NCBI GenBank assembly: GCA_028534125.1
Contig: CM052817.1
Coordinates: forward strand, 107,138,001-107,202,000
Source: Lama glama
Taxonomy: Eukaryota
Direction: 5' to 3'
Length of the DNA: 64,000 nucleotides
Part shown: one piece after another, positions 24,060-36,750 of the stretch
Layout of the letters: each line of letters begins with the position of its first letter
Position numbering within the stretch: the stretch's first letter is position 1
Translations under genes and position numbers: made by a program
Notes under the pieces: model-generated
Seen by the model: the letters and a program-made list of their open reading frames with translations, nothing else
The model's database searches: none
What the model was told of the DNA's origin: nothing

Positions 24060-25500
24060 CTCAGGTGCCACTATTTGCCACCCATTTCTTTAAGGGTTAA
24101 TTCCAGTGCGTGTGTATATGAGTATCAGAATTGCTCACCGGTGCTCCATGGGAAAACCTTACCAGCTAGAGTACAGTGCTTCCTGGCCGTTCCTTTGGCC
24201 TTAGACTTATGGTCTCTGTTCGCTTCCAAAGTGACTTAGGTCCCCCACCCCCTTCAGTGTGGCTGTTCCATACATTTGTAACACAGTTAGATTTTCTTGT
24301 CATCCTCTGAATTCTGTCCTGGAATCCCCCAAACTCCTAAATGATTTTTTAAAATTTTGCATACATCAAAGTTTGCTCTTTGTACTAAAAAGTCTGTAGG
24401 TTTCAAAAACTTCGTGAGTACATATATAGCTACCATTACGGTATCACACAGAATAGCTTCACCCCTCTACACATCACTGTGCTTCACCTATGTTCCCCCC
24501 AACCCCCGAGCCCCACCGCCGCCCTTCTCTCCCTGGGCTCCTGGCCACACCCCCTCTGTGGTTTTGCCTTTTCCTTAATGTCCTAGAGCTGGGACCACAC
24601 AGTGTGCAGCCTTTTCAGACTGGCTGCGTTCACCTGTCAATATGCATTTAAGGTTCCTCCATGTCTTTTCATGGCTTGAGAGCTCATTTATTTTTATCCC
24701 TGGATAACCTTCCGTCATATGGTTGTACCACGATTTGTCTATCCACTCACCTGTTGACACCTTGGTGTTTTACAGTTTGGGGCAATTCTGCAAAAAACTT
24801 CTATAAAGCTTTTATGTGGATATGTTTTCAAATCAATTTGGTAAGCTAGCAATGGGATTGCTGGTTCACATGGTAAGTCTCTGTTTAGCTTTCTGAGAAA
24901 CTGCCATATTGTCTTCCAAAGCAGCTGTATCATTTTTTATTCCCATCAGCAATGAGGATACCTGTTGCTCTGCATCCTTGTCAGTGTCTGGTATAGTTTG
25001 CGGTTTGACCTTTAGCCATCCCAACTGTCTGTAGTTACATCTCACTGTTTTAATGCATTACTCCCTACTGTCCAGTGACCATATACTTAATTGCCATCTG
25101 TATACGTTCTTTGATGAGATGTCTGTTCATAACGTTTGCCTGTTTTATTTATTTGGGGTTTTTTTTTGGTTGTTGTTTTCTTGTTGAGTTTTGACAGTTC
25201 TGTATAAATTTTAGATACAAGTCCTTTATCAGATCAGTGTGTTGCAAATATTTTCTCCTGGTTTGCACTTGTCTCTTCGTTTTCTTAGCATTGTCTTTCC
25301 TAGAACAGAAGTTTTCGTTTAAATGGAGCACAACTCATCAATTCTTTTTTCTTTTATGGATCATGCTTTTGATGCTGTATCTTAGGATTCATCACTAAAC
25401 CCAAGGTCACCTAGATTTTCTCTTTGTCTTCTTCTGAAAGTTTTACCATTTTGTGTTTTCATTTAGATCTGTGATCCATTTCAGTGTGACTTTTGGGTCT
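24060..25500 (-). mobile_element. Old L1MC-type element (3'UTR + ORF2 remnants)
   Basis: Minus-strand remnants (LWKTIWQFLRKL..PAIPLL; STGEWIDKSWY; ENFCSRKD) resemble the L1 ORF2 C-terminus. Confidence 0.85.
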
Positions 25501-27029
25501 CTTAAACTTTTCATTTCCACCAGCCAGTGAATTTCCTCTTTGCCTTAAGCCAGTTTGAGTTGGCTTTTCTGTCACTTGTAGCTGCGAAAGAATCTTAATT
25601 GATACTTAATTTATATCAGTGTGCACTCAGTTTAATGTATTTGCATAGCTCAAATTCTTGTCACCTTTGATAAGTTTAAGGTTTTTCAATATATTGGTAC
25701 ATAATAACTTAACATTCTCCTGTATTTTATATTTAATTTCCAAATTTTCTCTGTTATAATAAAGCTACAGGAATACTTTTACATAAATTATTTTTCCTTT
25801 TCTATTATTGTTTTGTGGTATATTTACAAAGAGCGGAATTAGCTGTATCTGTGAAAGATACAGACTCTTATTGAGGCCATGAACTTTGGAGGGCTGTATA
25901 AAATACTATGGACAATGTAAAGCCTGCAAATATTTTTTTAAATCACTTTGGTTTATTTTCAATAATTGGAGAGGTATATATCAATGTTTTCTGGATATGC
26001 CTTTTAAAATTTTTGTTATGAATATTTTTACGCCCACCCCACTTGTCACTCATATTCAACAATTTGTCAAAAATGTTCCACATTTGATCACCTATCATTT
26101 TTTTCTTTTTCATGTGCTGAGATATTTTAAAGTGAATTCCAGATATCGCATTACCTCATTCCTACACATCTCACTGTGTGTATGTCTTGCAGAGCCACAT
26201 GGCCATTATCACACCTAACAAAACTAACAGTTATCCTTTGACATTGTGCAATGACTAGTCCACGGTAATACTTCCCTAGTTTCCTCTAACATGCGTTTTT
26301 ACAGTCGATTGTGAGACTATGGATCACACTAGTTGTGCACGTTGCATTCGGTTGTGTGGTGTCTCTTGGTGTCTTGTGAGCTGGTGCAGTCTTCTTTCCA
26401 TCTTGCCATTGGCTTGTTGCAGGAATGAGGCTGGTTATCCAGTAGAAACACCCAACGATCTGGCTTTCTCTGCTGCTTTCTTGTCTTTTCATTCCACTTG
26501 CACCTTTCTCCTCTGTATTTTCTGTAAATTGAATTTAGCTCTTGAGGCTCGATTACAGTCAGGTTCACCTCCTTAGGGGAGCTTGCGTCTGGGATGCTTC
26601 CGTGGTCAACACACAACACGCTGATTTTTACGCAGATCAGGCATTACAATTTAAATTCCTCTAAAGCCCATTACTCGGGACCTTTTTAAAATATTGGGAC
26701 TTAAATCTTTTTCCTCCAGATTTGGGACTGATTTCAACGGACAGCCCATGCGCTCATAAAAATACTGGCATAAGTGGTTACATTACCCTGGTGAGGCAAA
26801 CAAAAAGTTGATTTGATGCATACTTTACATCAAATATTGTATAGTTGCAATAAAAATGTAGACAATGTTCACTAGTAATAATTAATGTAAAAGCAAGAAA
26901 ATACCATGAGAAATTATTTTTTAAAGTTATCTTGAATGCTAATATGTAAAGGAGAAACTAACCAGATTATCGGAGGTTGAGAAATTTTGCAGCAACTTTG
27001 AGTATGATTTCAGGGTTTTATAGGGTTTT

Positions 27030-27318
27030 ACAAACTATGATTGCCAAAGGGGAAAGGAGGGGAGGAATAAATCAGGAGTTTGGGATTAGCAGGTGCACAT
27101 TACTCTGTATAAAATAAATAAAAACAAGGACCTACTGTCGAGCACAGGAAACTGTATTCAGTTTCTTGTAATAAGTTATAATGGAAAAGAATCTGAAAAA
27201 ATATATATGTATGTGTCTGTATAACGGAATCACTTTGCTGTGCACCTGAAATTAACATTGTAAATCAACTATAGTTCAATAAAATAAAATTTTAAAAAAA
27301 TAAATAAAATTTAAAAAG
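27030..27318 (+). mobile_element. Short L1 3' end, sense to SPMIP2
   Basis: GGAGTTTGGGATTAGCAG..GTAAATCAACTATAGTTCAATAAAATAAAA. Confidence 0.9.
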
Positions 27319-27831
27319 AGTTGTGTAGGGTTTTAACGTCTAATTAAAGTTTAATATCAAATTTTCCTTTTTTTGCTGTAAGTGTAATGCCACTCTACCA
27401 CATCATCAATTGCTGTAATTGCTTTAATTTCAATTTCTCTAATTTCTAGTGAAACTCCATTACGCCGTAGATGATTCACAGTGTATATTTCCTTAGCATA
27501 CTGTGACTACCTCATTTGACCACTCATCAAGTTTTATTTTTCTGTCAAATTTTAATATTTTTCCTTTTAAAATGTATTTTAGAAAAAAAAAGTTTGTTCT
27601 AAATTTTTATCGTATCAATTTGAAGTCCAATTTAACAACTAGAAATTGAATCTCTAAGATCACTAAAGACTTGGCCACAAGCTTCGGAGGGCACAACAAT
27701 GGAGGTGAATAAGGGGTTTCCTGTTCTCTCAAAGTGCATTATTCCGGTTAGAACGTCATAGGTTATCCTGTTACCTGCTTAATCTAAATATTCATCACAG
27801 CTGTCCCCAGAGTGAAAGGAAACACAAGTCC

Positions 27832-28727
27832 TTTTTTTTTTTTCTCCTGCAAAAAGCTTTATTGTTTCCATTTGACCCAAGGCTGGAGAAAAGGCTCCAG
27901 GGTAGTTAAAAGGCTGCCTGGCGGAGGCAGAGAGAGGCTTCAGGCAGAAGCCCTGACACCAGCGGGCCCCCCCAAGGCAGCTGGCCTCCAGAGCCCCTGA
28001 GTCGTGCTTGGGGTTGAGCCTTCGGGAGGGACACCAGCCCAGCCCCCGGGGACCTGCCCACTCGCACAAGAGGGTCAGGTGGTCCACCGCCCGTCTTCTG
28101 GATGAGTCTCACCTGCGCATCCAGGAGGTGCATCTCCAGGAAGTCACGGAGGTGGGGTCTGCAGGCAGAACCCAGGGCAGGCGGACCCGAAAGGGCCTGG
28201 TTCAGGTTCTTCTCCAGGACCCCAGTGGCTTCCGCAGCGTCCTGGGTTTCACCCCACTCGTCCTGGGGTGGCTTCTGCTTGTTCCACAAGAGGGCGCAGT
28301 CACCCGCTGGCTTTGCATCTTCAAGAGATGCTCTTGGCCCTCGCGCTTCTCCTTGGCTGATTTGGGGGAAAGTGGCCCATGCCCTCCAGAGCCACCTGGT
28401 CGTGGGTGAAATAGGAGCCCAGAGAGAGGTAGGTGGAGGGGGCCCACAGGTGCAGGGTGACAGGGCAGGTGAAGGTGGCCTCCACCTGGTGGGGTAATTC
28501 TGACCAATCTGGGGGCTCACGGTTGATCCATAACAAGGAGCTAAGCTCAAAAGATGGAGCTGGCTGGTCCCGGAGACTGAGGGTGGCAGAGTGGCTGGTT
28601 CTGAAGGTTGCACCTGGAAAAAAGGCTGGAGGGTGGTGGGAGGCTGGAGCAAGGGGGTCCCTGGGTCTGCTCTGTCCAGACACCATGGGAGCTGGAGACA
28701 CATCCCTGGGACCACCGAGTGCACTGC
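27832..28727 (-). pseudogene. FTL: Ferritin light chain processed pseudogene (5'UTR through polyA), frameshifted
   Basis: Intronless. FTL peptide pieces are spread over three frames (SPQIGQNY; TYLSLGSYFTHDQVALEGMGHF; AKEKREGQEHLLKMQSQR; QKPPQDEWGETQDA..LEKNLNQAL; DHLT..KHD). Start is GTG (28520), stop has become TCA (28000-27998), and AATAAA plus an A12 tail end at ~27832. Confidence 0.95.
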
Positions 28728-30580
28728 TCAAAAATCCAATTCTGAAGACCTTGAGTCATGTAGAGGAAGTGGGAAAGGAGGGCCATCGCCTCCTAGGACA
28801 CTCCTTCAAAACATGTCCTGTGTTTTGTTTTGTTTTTTCTTACTCATTTCTTTGCTTTTCGAAGGTCATAATCAGGGCATCAGTTGCCTCCTACATAATG
28901 GATGGATCTTAGAGTTTATTTATTTTGCAACTAATAAAGAGCTAGCAATTCTTTTTGAAAGAATTTGAAAGAGTCCGACTTTAAAAACCTTTTAAAAAGT
29001 TGACAAGTAACAGACACTCTGTTAAGTATATGAATCTAGTGTTGAGCTCGGTGACACTTTACAACAGGAGCACACCTATGCGCTTACTTTTTTAGAGCAA
29101 GACCATGAATATTTTCATCATCCTGAAAAGTTCCTTTATGGGACTCCCCCCCAGGCCCCCGAGAATCAGACCCTGTTTTGATTTTCAGAATCCATATGTT
29201 TTTGATGGGAATACTGAGGCTCAGAGAACTAAGTAAACCGCTCAAGGTCACAAAGCCCTGATCTCAAGTTCACGCCATCTTGATCGAAAGGCTGAGATCC
29301 TCCGCCTGCCCCCGTTTGTATGATGTATTTATGTGCATTATACCCAGATTACTGACTAAATACAAATACTAGTATTTTATCCAACCATCATATATCTGCT
29401 AGAAAATCTGCACATGTAAACCAGGAATGTTGCAGAATTCCACCTCCTGAAGGAGGAATCACAATGTGAGACTTCTGTTAGAAGTATGTGAGAATTGGAA
29501 ATACTCTCCAGGAAATGGGCAAAAACCAATATGATGAATGAAACTCTAAGTGGTAGGTGAAGTACATAAATGTGCGTGTGATTCTGAAAAGCTTGCTCCA
29601 TTAGCCTGGGTTTCAGACCCATTGATTCATTTCGTTTCTTGCCCTGTGAAGCTGTCACACCAATAGTTATGTCTTCAATTCAATTTTAAAAATAGAATGT
29701 GACTTCACACGGAACTGCCTGTGGTTTCCTAGCTGAAGAAAGAATCAAATAGACCTACGGCAAATTCAGCTTAAGGCTCACGACTCTAATTCATGAAGCA
29801 AATATGTCACCATTTAAAAACCAACTTGTGAACAAAGCTTACACATTTTGGTGGTCCTGTCATGTTTGTTGGCTGATCTGTATTTATTCTGGAGTCAGAG
29901 CATGTGATTTACCTGAATCAAAATTTATCTACAAGTAACAGCAGTTTCAAATCAATTCTACCTGAACTTGTTGGTTGTGTGAATCATCACAGCTGTGATT
30001 TGCAGGAAAAAAACATTAATTGCTGGCATCACTTTGAAAAGCATTGGAACCAAGCCCTGAGAAGAGGACCTCCAAGGACAAGCTTTGTCTCAAACTCTAA
30101 TTTTTTTGTCTTCTTTGTCTTTTTGGTTTTTTTGAACAACGTGTGCTTTTATTGCCTGACCTAAGATGGAAAGGAGTGGAACTGATTTGCCTTTCTGGGC
30201 TTTGATTTAATTCTCCAAAGTTGATACTTTGTAGGTTACAGTAATATCACTTCTTTAAATCAGGGGGAAGTGCTCAGGATTAGGCAAAAAGTGTTTTTGT
30301 TGAAACAGGGTTGGAAAAAAGTATTGTGTCAAAGGTTAGGTGGTGGTTCACTGTGTGCTGGGCACTGTGGCCCTGCTAGGATTTCCTGCACGTGAAGGTC
30401 CTACTTGGAGAAGCAAGGACTGTAAACTCAGCCGTCCAAGCCGGCTTTGCGTCTCAATCCCTCTGACCGCAGTCTCCTCGTCTGTAATTTGAGGATAGTA
30501 GGACCTATTTCATACTGTTTTCTATGATGATTTAATGAAATGAAGGCACCTGCATATAAATACAAATTCAATAACTTTTA

Positions 30581-30771
30581 ATTAATTCTTATTTTTATTG
30601 ACGTGTAGTTGATTTACAATGTTAGTTTCAGGTGTACAGTGAAGCAACTCAGTTATACAGATATATACATATATATATTTTTTTTTTCAGATTCTTTTCC
30701 ATTACAGCTCATTATAAGAAATTGAATATAGTTCCCTGTGCTATATATACAGCAGGTCCTTGTTTATCTAT
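30581..30771 (-). mobile_element. Short L1 3' end with TSD
   Basis: TSD TTCAATAACTTTT at ~30567-30579 and 30772-30784. Confidence 0.9.
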
Positions 30772-30995
30772 TTCAATAACTTTTTTGAAGGTTTTGTTTT
30801 TAAGAATTTATACTATTTATTTTCTTGAACAGCTGATTTTCTGGAGGAGGGAGGTTCTTGGCGAGGACACGAAATCATCTTAGAATCCTATTTTTCTCAT
30901 AAGAAACCAGCCAAGTACACATTACCTCCTAAAATCTGAAGCCAGAAGCAGGCTTTTTAATGGGCACAGAGAGAAATGATCCAAGATTTTCTAAG

Positions 30996-31150
30996 CCGGT
31001 GGGTTTTAAACTTTAATGTGCATGTGGATCACCTGGGGAGCCTTGTAAAATGCAGATTTGTACTCCCAAGGTCTGGGCGGGCCTGAGAGTCTGCATTTCT
31101 ACCAAGCCCTCAGGTGACCCCATGATGCTGGCTCGGGGGCCCCAAGAATC
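30996..31150. mobile_element. MER5-like hAT-Charlie MITE
   Basis: ATCACCTGGGGAGC..AAAATGCAGATT..GGGCCTGAGAGTCTGCATTTCTA. Confidence 0.7.
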
Positions 31151-32639
31151 TGAATTCTTTGTGGTTAAGAATGTCTGGCACGTGGTCAGCACCGTACACG
31201 TGTTAACCACTCCCGGCTGGCATAGATCGCCAGCAGTATAAACCAGCAGACTGCCAGCTACTGGGCCCAGAACGTTCTGTGTGATGCTAACTAAGTCCCC
31301 ACAGATATTTTTCTTAACTTGCTAACTACTGGCCTTTTGGGTTTTCCTGTAAACCTGATCTAAATAATACAAGTTCCCTTAACACGATGTTTTGGCTAGA
31401 TGGCAGATTTTGGAATACGTGAACTCATGTGATGTTGGCTGAGGGAACCGACGCGTGGTCCTGTCAGGGAGAACAGAGAGGTCTCCTTAAGTGGGAAGTC
31501 TTCCAGAGGCACCCCCTTCGCTTACCTGAGTCTGCTGCCCTCCTGTCTCCTGGCTCCCCTGCGGGAGGAGCGGCAGCTCTCCCCGGTGCTGCTGGGTGCG
31601 GCGCCGAGGGGTACGGGAAGCGCGTGCCTGCCTGGCTAACCCCAGGTGCCAGCAATTATCTCAGGAAAGGCGGACCCTTTCCCAGCACCTAGTAAAAGGG
31701 CCCTTTGACCACAGGTATCACCTTTAAGAGAGACACACTCCAGGGAAGGGCCTGAGATTATCCACGCGTTTAAGAACAACAGCACTGAACGAGACGTCCA
31801 AACGCTTATTTGGTCAGATAGTTTATTTGGGGCAGCACCTTCTAAAACAAAGGAGATCCCCTCTGGGAACGACAGGATTGCGGGAGAGCCAGTTGTTTGA
31901 GGGGCGCGATGGTCGCTCCTGATGTGTGTCCGGGGCTGAACTAGACAGGCTTCGCAAGGACCTGGAAGGGCCTAAGGGAAGCTTCCGGTGGGGAAATGGC
32001 AACCTCTGGTTTATTCCAAGCCTCATTCCTGTTAGTCAAGTGACCTGCCCTGGGATTGGAGGTGGGGGACGTGAGGGCAGAGCCAGGAACCCCGAGTGGC
32101 TGGAATGAGGGCAGCATCTCCCAGGTTTACTAAACAATGATCCAAACTCTCCAGCGCACAGCTTGGGGAGAGGAGTGGCTACTGAGGAAAAGGGAGACAT
32201 GGTGTGCCTTGAGAAGGGAGCCAAGTCCACCTTCTGGGCTCCTGGTGACATTCTACTGCTGGCAGTACTGAGATCTCCCCAAAGGGGACTCTGAACTAAC
32301 CTCACTCCCAAATTTAGGGCACTGAATCTCGAAATGTAGTGTGCGTAAGAATCACTTAAGGAGACATTTAAGAATGCAGAATGGCTCAAATTCTGAGCTA
32401 GTTTTCCAGGGGCCTTGGAACCTGCACTTGAACAAGCAGACTGTGACAACAGTTACACGTGACACGTGGGAAACACTGCAGACCCCGGGCAGCAGGGGCT
32501 TCCCCCATTCTACCCCCAGGAATGAGGGAAGCTGACAGGTCCTCCAAGTTTGGAAGGTCCAACTTGCCTCTAGTCAGAAGAGCAGAAGTCTCAGCTCACA
32601 ACCTTTGGTTTTTAAATGTAATTTAAAGGCTCATTATTT

Positions 32640-33325
32640 TTTCCCTAATTTTTATTTTTTAATTGAAGTATAGTTGATTTACAATGTTTCAGTTATATAG
32701 CAAAGTTGATTCAATTATACATACATATATATATAAATATGTATTCATTTTCAGAATCTTTTCCATTATAGGTTATTACACGGTATTTAATACAGTTCCC
32801 TGTGCTGTACAGTAGATCCTTGTTGTTTATCCATTTTGTATATAGTAGTTTGTATCTGTTACTCCCAAACTCCTAATTTATCCTTCACCCCCTTTCCCTT
32901 TTGGTAACTAAGTTTGTATTCTGCCTGTGAGTTTATTTCTGTTTTGTAAATATGTTCCTTTGTATCATTTTTTTTTTAGATTCCACACATAAATGATTTC
33001 ATGTCTTTCTCTTTCTGGGTTACTTCACTGAGTATGATAATCTCTGAACTGATTTCATCCATGTTGCTGCAAATGGCATTACTTCATTTTTATGGCTGAG
33101 TAATATTCCATTTCATATATTTGCCACATCTTCTTTATCCAGTCATCTGTTGATCAGCATTTAGTTTCCTTCCTTGTCTTTGCTATTGTAAATAGTGCAG
33201 CTTTGAACATTGGGGTGCATACATCTTCTCAAATTAGAGGGTTTTTTTTCCAGGTATAACCTCTGTACTGTTCCTCATAGGGGCTGCTCCAAATTACATC
33301 CCCACCAACAGTGTGGGAGGGCTCT
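32640..33325 (-). mobile_element. 5'-truncated L1
   Basis: Same 3'UTR/ORF2 end; imperfect TAAAGnCTCATnATT flanks. Confidence 0.9.
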
Positions 33326-34009
33326 AAAGTCTCATAATTCTTTAAAAAGACCGGATCATTTGTATAATTCATATTAGTGTGTTGTATCATTCTGTAAATG
33401 CTTAATATAAACCAGAATATCTCTTTCAGCTCAGTGGATTATGGCACTGATGACAGGATAATTAGGAATCTAGGTAGTCAAAACTTAGGCAAACAAAACT
33501 ATCGGAAGTTAAGCCAAGATTATGGAATACATGCTGATGACAATCAGGTTGGATAAATCCTTTGTTCTGAGCAAGGAAATAATACCTCCCCAATCTCTTT
33601 CTTCTAGAGATTTCCAGACTTTTTCAAACTTTCATTCACCAGCTAAGTAGCTATCACACCCCCGTTTCACAAAATGGAAGCAGAACAAAGTAGGCGTGTT
33701 AGTCACGTGGGCTCAGTAAAGGGCACACGCCTGTGGTTCTACAACCCTAGGAACTGACGTGGGAGATCTCATTCATTTCCTCTTCTGGGGATTGTTAGCC
33801 ACTTAGAACACAGGCTCCACCTTGGAACCACACTCACATCCCATCACCGCCCCTTGGGGGCGAGCCTGTGTCCAGGTTCACACATGCTTCCACACACCTC
33901 CTTACTGGAGAAAGGACCTGAGGGGTGTCAGCTCCTCTTGTCTGCAGGGGTTTAAAAACAAAAGCACTCCTAGATCACAGGGATTTCATTTTGGGGTTGG
34001 GTTTTTTTT

Positions 34010-34365
34010 CTTTCTTTTTTTTCTTTATTTACTTTTTGCTACTGATTTGTGTGAGCTGTCTATGTATTCTGGAAGTTAAGCCCCTGTCAGCTGCATCATT
34101 TGCAAATATTTCCTCCCATTCCATAGGTTGTCTTTTGCTTTGCTGAGAGTTTCCTTTGCTTGTAAGTTTAATTAGGTCCCATTTGTTTATTTATTTATTT
34201 AAATTTGTTTTTTAAAATCTATTTTTATATATAGTGGTTAACATTTGCGAATTTCAAACTCCCAAATGTATCCCTTCCCACCGCCTTTCCCCAGTAACCA
34301 TAAGATTGTTTACTGTGTCTGCAAGTCTGTTTTATTTGTTTATTTTTGCTTTTATTTCAAGAATT
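34010..34365 (-). mobile_element. L1 ORF2 fragment interrupted by an L1 3'UTR fragment
   Basis: ORF2-type CATTTGCAAATATTT..TAGGTCCCATTTGTTTATTT resumes after an inserted 3'UTR piece (~34200-34332). Confidence 0.75.
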
Positions 34366-34794
34366 TTTTTTCTTTCTTTTTTAAAAAAATTTTCTCTATC
34401 CCCAAAGTATTACGTTCCCCTGAAATGTCACCTCCCGCCCCGCCCCCTCAAAACAATAGTTTCTCACTGACCTTGGCAGAAAAGACTGAAACAAGAGTTT
34501 GCGGTTAACCCCCGACTCTGTTGGAGGGGAGGCGCTGTGGGAATACCGTCTGATCGGAGGGATTTTCAGTGTGAGGACGATAAAGCAGGAAGATGTCTAC
34601 GTTAGTCTGTATATTGGTGAGGAACCCCATAAGAAGTTCCTGCTGGTCCCCACCCAGAGCACCCAGGCGGGAGCCGCAGCCTGGAGGGGCGGCTGGTCCA
34701 CCATCCTGGCAGGAGGTTGAGATCCTCTGCCTTTGTCACGTGGGGTGTGAGCATGTTATACGGCTTTCTTCAACTGGGAGTCACTGTCATCTCT

Positions 34795-35085
34795 TTTTTT
34801 TCAAAAGTTAATTTTAATTTTTACTTATTTTATTTTTCTTAATTGAAGAATTTTACAATGTTGTGTTCATTTCTGGTGCACAGCATAGTGATTCAGTTAT
34901 ACGTATACATTCCTTTTACTATTCTTTTTTGTTATAGGCTATTACAAGATATTGAATACAGTTCCCTGTGCTGTACAGTAGGACCTTGTTGTGTATCTAT
35001 TTTATGTATAGTAGCGTGTGTGTCTGCTAATCCCGAACTCCTGATTTGTCCCTCCCGCCCCCTTTCCCCTTTGGTGACATTATCC
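34795..35085 (-). mobile_element. Short L1 3' end
   Basis: TTTACAATGTTGTGTT..GATATTGAATACAGTTCCCTGTGCTGTACAGTAGGACC. Confidence 0.88.
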
Positions 35086-36459
35086 GTTTGTTTTAATGGC
35101 CTTGAAGAAAGCCTTTGGAATACTGGTATATTCATACACAATATCTAGCCTTTATTTTAAGTCAGACTGTCTCAAGCTTTATCTCCAAATTTGGGTGGGA
35201 GGTTTTTAGCCATATTTGTATGATGATATAACAAACATAGACAAACACTGTGCATGGAAACATTTGTGTCACTGCTGCAAATCACCTAAAAGAAGGCAGG
35301 GGTCTTATCTAAGGCGTTTTGAATTTGGGGCTCAGATTGTGCCCAAAGGAAAATAATGTACTGCATGAGAAGTTAGGACTGTATATTAAAGTAGAGGGTT
35401 CTGAGTTCACAGAAGGTGGGATAGGCAGACACACAGGTAAATGGAAGGGAGAAGACCCGCACCCCACCTGGCACAAAGGTCGAGGATGCTTCCCTTTGCT
35501 GGTACATAGTGTCTCACATCTCGACCAGAGACAACTGACAAGGTGAAATTTTGAGCACATAACTCGGATATAAGGCAGCTCCAAAGACAACTTCCACTAT
35601 GATGGTTGCTCCTGTGGTCTGTTCATCAGAAGGAATCACAAATATTTGGTTCTTCTGTCAACGCCTGCCTTCATCACATGACGGATACACCCTGGCCGCT
35701 CATCTCCCCCTGTTCTCTTCTGCAGTTACCAAGAGGTGGAAGAAGAGTGCAGAGCAAAAACGCTGCAGGGAGATCCCCACAAAACCTTGTTGGCCTCTGT
35801 TTATGCCTTCCAAATTGCTACCACAGGACATTTAGGGAAACTTGGCTAGAGCGTTGAACTTCAGCTCCATACAGAGCTGATTCACTGTAGCCCCACCCCT
35901 GCAGTAAATCCCACAGGCTGGATGCTGGCGCCCCACTCCTTGACATTGACTCTGCCCCCTGGCTTTAGTTTCTCCTGTTGCCCAGGTTGAGACCTTGTTC
36001 TAGCCACACCTGCACTCCATCTTAGGAAGACTGTCCCAGTTTACCCATGAGGAGGGGTTTCCTGGGACATGGACTTTCAGTGCTAAAACTAGATGCATTG
36101 ATCACTCTAACTCCTGCCCGACTTGTGGCCCGAGCCCAGTCCACCCCCGACAACTCCAGCACATTTACATCAAGGTGTGGATAGAATCCGTTAGCTGAAT
36201 TTTGCACAAAGCAGGATGGGGAAGTGTATGTGCTATCAGAGAACCAGGCAAGTGCTCCCTCGTGTGTAGGCCCATGCTAACTTCCGCCCTTGCACTCAGA
36301 GAAAGTTGAGCAGGGTCAGGCTGCGCTGCAGACATCCTCTGCTCCAGGGGGCCTTGCCTGGTTCAGGGCGGGTGACGTTCACTGGCCTCTTGGTCTCTCC
36401 CTGACCTGGGCTGCTATTTCTCTGGACTAAAAACCACTTGAATTGGACATTGGACCATC

Positions 36460-36750
36460 TATTTTTTTTATTATTACTGAAGTATAGTTGATTTACAATG
36501 TTGTGCTAGTTTCTGGTATACAGCATAGTGAATCTTATATACATATCTATTCTTTTTCATTATAGGCTATCACAAGGTATTGAATATAGTTCTCTGTGCT
36601 ACACAGTAGGACCTTGTTATGCATCTGTTTTATATATACTAGTTAGTATGTCTGCTAATCCTGAGCTCTCAGTTTACCCCCCCACCCCATTTCCCACCTC
36701 GTAACCATAACTTTTTTTCTATGTCTATGAGTCTGGAAATAAGTTTGTGT
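36460..36750 (-). mobile_element. Short L1 3' end
   Basis: TGAAGTATAGTTGATTTACAATGTTGTG.. family 3' end. Confidence 0.88.

Noticed and set aside
27906..28724. 272-aa ORF as a functional ferritin
   Set aside because: Only a central part is in the FTL frame; start and stop are mutated and there are multiple frameshifts.
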